Shown here piece after piece: positions 60,650 to 64,000 of a stretch of DNA of 64,000 nt. Source of the DNA: Thainema sp. (GTDB lineage: Bacteria > Cyanobacteriota > Cyanobacteriia > Phormidesmidales > Phormidesmidaceae); assembly GCA_052168235.1 (NCBI GenBank), contig JBQLZK010000004.1, forward strand, positions 1 through 64,000, in the 5' to 3' direction. The notes beneath the pieces are model-generated. The model did not search any database. It was not told where the DNA came from and saw nothing but the letters and a program-made list of their open reading frames with translations. Numbering within the stretch: the stretch's first letter is position 1; each line of letters starts with the position of its first letter. The position numbers were made by a program, and so were the translations under genes.

Positions 60650-60710
60650 ACGGTGAACCACACAATGAAGGACTGCTCTGCCTCAATCGACAGAGCCAGA
60701 GAAGCAAAAC

Positions 60711-61310
60711 TCAAGCGGCTGCCAGATTCTTCTCAGCAAAATCCCAGTTCACCACGCTGTTCAAAAATGAGCTGATGTAGTCTGGGCGCTTATTCTGATA
60801 ATCCAGATAATAAGCATGTTCCCAGACATCCATTGTCAGCAACGGAACTTGGTTACTCGTCAGGGGGTTATCGGCATTGAGAGTTTTTGTCACCTTGAGC
60901 GTATCGCCATCCAGCACCAACCAGGCCCAACCGCTGCCAAACTGAGTTGCACCTGCGGTCTTAAATGCGTCTGCAAATTTCTCGTAGCTGCCAAAATCAG
61001 CATCGATCTTTTTGGCCAGTTCTCCCGTTGGCATGCCGCCACCACCCGGCTTCATGCTGTTCCAGTAAAAAGTATGATTCCACGCTTGCGCCGCGTTGTT
61101 GAAGATGCCGCTTTTCTCCGGATCGCCAGCGACCGTTTTGATCACAGCCTCGATGGGTTGCTTATCTAAGTCTGTCCCCTCAACCGCACTGTTGAACTTG
61201 CTGACATAGGCGGCATGGTGCTTATCGTGGTGGAACTCTAGCGTACTTTTTGAGATATGAGGTTCGAGCGCTGTGTAGTCATACGGCAAAGCAGGAAGTT
61301 CGTATGCCAT
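60711..61310 (-). CDS. sodB: Iron superoxide dismutase
   Basis: LPALPY..ALEP, HHDKHH, FNNAAQAWNHTFYW, FGSGWAWL, DVWEHAYY; AGGAG RBS before ATG 61310. Confidence 0.95.
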   Translation of the reverse strand: MAYELPALPYDYTALEPHISKSTLEFHHDKHHAAYVSKFNSAVEGTDLDKQPIEAVIKTVAGDPEKSGIFNNAAQAWNHTFYWNSMKPGGGGMPTGELAKKIDADFGSYEKFADAFKTAGATQFGSGWAWLVLDGDTLKVTKTLNADNPLTSNQVPLLTMDVWEHAYYLDYQNKRPDYISSFLNSVVNWDFAEKNLAAA

Positions 61311-61857
61311 CTTGATTTGTGTCTCCTTTTTAGGATTTCTCAGTAGATCGGTTAGACGAAGACTGCGATCGCAAGTTTTACTCAGCCTCAAATAGGCATC
61401 AGAAACTGTCTGCGGATAAATTGCTCTTGCCGCAGGTCTGATATGAAGTCGTAAGTATTGCAGTACCTTTCTCCGCCTGTAGTTGGGAGAATATCGTAGG
61501 TATTCTAATAATGCTATGCACCTGGGGGGCATGAAAGATGCTCCCTGGGGGCATTTGATGCTTAGTCGCGATGCTGACTGGGTAGTCTCAGCAACGAATT
61601 GAGCGTTTGGATCGCGGCAACTTACCCAACCAATTGGGTTTTATCTCGACAAACTGTGAACTTCCTCCACAAAACCTGTCCATTCTGCTGAAGAGTCGAT
61701 ATATTGAATACGTTTTATGGCGCTACGGACTTCAATGGAAGCCATTTTGGGCGTGAACGCAGTGTAAAACGGCGCTTTCACCCAGAACTTGTTCTAACCT
61801 ACGCACGTCGTGCCATAATGACCGCACCATTCGCCCTGATTGACCTTCAGTAGCACC

Positions 61858-62580
61858 GTGCAGATTCCCCAATTTCCTGAATGCCAGCATCCCATTGTTA
61901 AGTCGCTGTTCCACTCCAGCGATTACGAACTGCTGCAAAAATTCCAGCAACATCCCGACAGCGGCAAGTATTTTGTGGCAATTTTTTGTCGCTACAGCCC
62001 GATGGTGTACACCCTAATTCACCATTCGGCGCGTTCACCCGTGCAGGCCGACTATTTGTTTGCCCTCACCTGGCGACATATTCAGCGGGAGCTGGGCGGT
62101 CTCGACCTGTTTGAAGGGGCTCCTCCCGGCGCGACGGAACCCGTGATTACGCTGCAAAACTGGCTAATTAACGTCACAGCCGCCTGCATCAATCAAGTGA
62201 CGCTGCCGGAAGTGGAGTCGATTCACTACTCCATCGAGCAGGCTTCGCCGCCCCTGTGGTGCTATGTGGAGCAAGCTCTGGATCGGCTGGAACCCATGCA
62301 GCGCCTAATCGTGGTGATGGCGCAGACCTTTCACTGGAGCGAAACGCGGATCGCGGCCTATCTGCAAGCTGAAGGGGAACGGATTTCCCCTGCCGAAGTG
62401 CGATCGCACCTGCAAATTGGCTATCAAGAACTCGAACGTGTGTTACCGGACGATATTCGGGAAATCTATTTACAGAATCTACAGTCTAATCTGTCGGGTA
62501 CGGTTGAATCGGAACCGTCGGAATCTGATCTAGCCGATTCGCTAATGGCAATGGTGGATTCGAGTCTGGACGGACTTTAG
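61858..62580 (+). CDS. ECF sigma-70-like protein
   Basis: AIFCRY, QADYLFALTW, LQNWL, region-4-like ALDRL.P..R.IV...W.ETRIAA. Confidence 0.7.
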   Translation: MQIPQFPECQHPIVKSLFHSSDYELLQKFQQHPDSGKYFVAIFCRYSPMVYTLIHHSARSPVQADYLFALTWRHIQRELGGLDLFEGAPPGATEPVITLQNWLINVTAACINQVTLPEVESIHYSIEQASPPLWCYVEQALDRLEPMQRLIVVMAQTFHWSETRIAAYLQAEGERISPAEVRSHLQIGYQELERVLPDDIREIYLQNLQSNLSGTVESEPSESDLADSLMAMVDSSLDGL

Positions 62581-62694
62581 ATTTTGGATTTTGGATTCGG
62601 GATTTTGGATTAGACCGTACTTGATTGATTGCGAACTCAGCCATAAGTCAAAAACTACATGCAATCGTAAATCCAAAATCTAAAATCCAAAATC
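62580..62694. repeat. Heptameric short tandem repeats (STRR-like) in inverted arrangement
   Basis: (GATTTTG)n at 62580-62611 facing (AATCCAA)n at about 62663-62694. Confidence 0.75.
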
Positions 62695-62721
62695 GCAACG
62701 CGTTACTGGGGGAGGTGTGAG

Positions 62722-63852
62722 ATGAATCGGTTATTAGGCGCTCGGGCAGAATATGGCAGTTTGGGTCGCGGTATTCGTAAAGGTTGGCGTGGATCTGCGA
62801 TCGCATCCTTTATTCCTTTAGGATTGTCCCTGGGCATATTGGGATTTGGAGTTGCTTCGGTATTACCTAACCCAGCCCAGGCTGAGCAACTGGAGCAGCA
62901 GCTTGATATTCAGCCCTTCAACGGCACGGCCCGCGAGGGTATCCGACAGTATCGGGATGCTGCCGATCAGTTGGTTTGGCTAGGAGAGCAGCAGGCCGAA
63001 CAGGGAAACTATCAGCAGGCGATTGGCTTTTGGAATCAAGCGCTGGAGCTTTATCGGGCAATTGATGATATAGCGGCAATGGGCAAGACCTATGACCATT
63101 TGGGTCGAGCCTACGGTCGTCTAGGGCAGTATCGTGTGGCTGAAGAACTGTTGCGCAGACGACTTGCGATCGCACGTGACAACCACGACTCCACCGGACA
63201 AATCTACGGTTTGAACAACGTCGGCGGTGTCCTGCTCCAGAAAAATGATCTGCGGGGTGCCCAAGCCTCGTTTGAGCAGGCACTTGCGATCGCGCGGAAT
63301 GTTCGCGATCCAGACGGGATTGGCTTGTCACTGAGCAATTTGGGCTTAGTGGCAGCCGCACAGAGCAACTATGATCAGGCAATTCGTCTTTACGAGCAGG
63401 CCGTTGACCTGCGGCATCGGGGCCGCGACTGGGTTGGCGCAGCCAATACCCATAACAATCTCGGAGATGCAGCCTACGCGACGACGAACTATTTCCGGGC
63501 CGCGACTGCCTATCGAGCCGCTTGGAACCTGGGTCAGCAATATCGCGATCGCAATGTGCAAATTCGGGCCTTGGACGGTCTGATCGCTACTTACCAAGCA
63601 TATCAACCCCAGGCTGTCCCCCAATTCCTGGCTGCACGGGCAGAACTGACGCAGGACGGCGTTGACTTAGCCCAAACGCTGGAAACTTTGCGGCTCGTCG
63701 GTGAGTTCTACGAGTATCAGGGTGATTTGAGTACCGCTCAAGTTCTCTATCGGCGCGGACTTGCGATCGCAGAACAGCTCGGCAATCGGCAGATGATGGC
63801 TGAGTTACAGTATCGAATTCTCAGCTTGGCATCGGGCAATCCTACCCGCTAA
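62722..63852 (+). CDS. Exported tetratricopeptide repeat protein
   Basis: Signal/TM segment then repeated LG..Y...G.Y..A......AL TPR units. Confidence 0.85.
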   Translation: MNRLLGARAEYGSLGRGIRKGWRGSAIASFIPLGLSLGILGFGVASVLPNPAQAEQLEQQLDIQPFNGTAREGIRQYRDAADQLVWLGEQQAEQGNYQQAIGFWNQALELYRAIDDIAAMGKTYDHLGRAYGRLGQYRVAEELLRRRLAIARDNHDSTGQIYGLNNVGGVLLQKNDLRGAQASFEQALAIARNVRDPDGIGLSLSNLGLVAAAQSNYDQAIRLYEQAVDLRHRGRDWVGAANTHNNLGDAAYATTNYFRAATAYRAAWNLGQQYRDRNVQIRALDGLIATYQAYQPQAVPQFLAARAELTQDGVDLAQTLETLRLVGEFYEYQGDLSTAQVLYRRGLAIAEQLGNRQMMAELQYRILSLASGNPTR

Positions 63853-64000
63853 TAAGAGTCACTTACGCTTACACTAAAAATTGCTTCAAGGGATGACAGC
63901 CGCCGCTCGTGTAGCGTTGATCAGGGGCTGCAGTATCCTATGGTTTGATCAAGTGACGTGAGAACTTTACTATTCAAGCTTTTCAAAAACCGACAATAAT

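Noticed and set aside
32265..61310. dps, furC/perR and sodB as an oxidative-stress island
   Set aside because: They are separated by 7-20 kb of unrelated genes, and no shared operator was identified.
61311..61532. N-terminal extension of sodB
   Set aside because: The RBS and canonical MAYELP start are at 61310, and the extension does not look like a signal peptide.

Overview
Chromosomal window from a cyanobacterium (HIP1 GCGATCGC, mostly as TGCGATCGCA, is pervasive; the gene set is typical: wecB, glmU, dxr, tpiA, lepB, dps, furC/perR, sodB, CRR6, tRNA-Cys). Most of it is housekeeping and signalling DNA. Three things stand out. (1) An accessory patch at about 32.76-36.41 kb holds an apparent 1,846-bp integron-type gene cassette (Rieske oxygenase plus divergent TetR). 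It has a well-formed 86-bp attC and a matching GTTAGGC start core, but no integrase is in the window. Around it are HIP1-bounded repeats, two Uma2 genes and gene scraps (DUF433, TIR, a duplicated Uma2 3' end). (2) There are two tandem pairs of AAA_35 (STAND-like) NTPases. In one, a Cache-HAMP-multi-PAS membrane sensor has the NTPase where a histidine kinase core would normally be. (3) A truncated RAYT carries a REP doublet inside its own ORF, and many short intergenic elements consist of long hairpins or REPs inside shared short terminal inverted repeats. All calls come from reading the sequence; no database searches were run.
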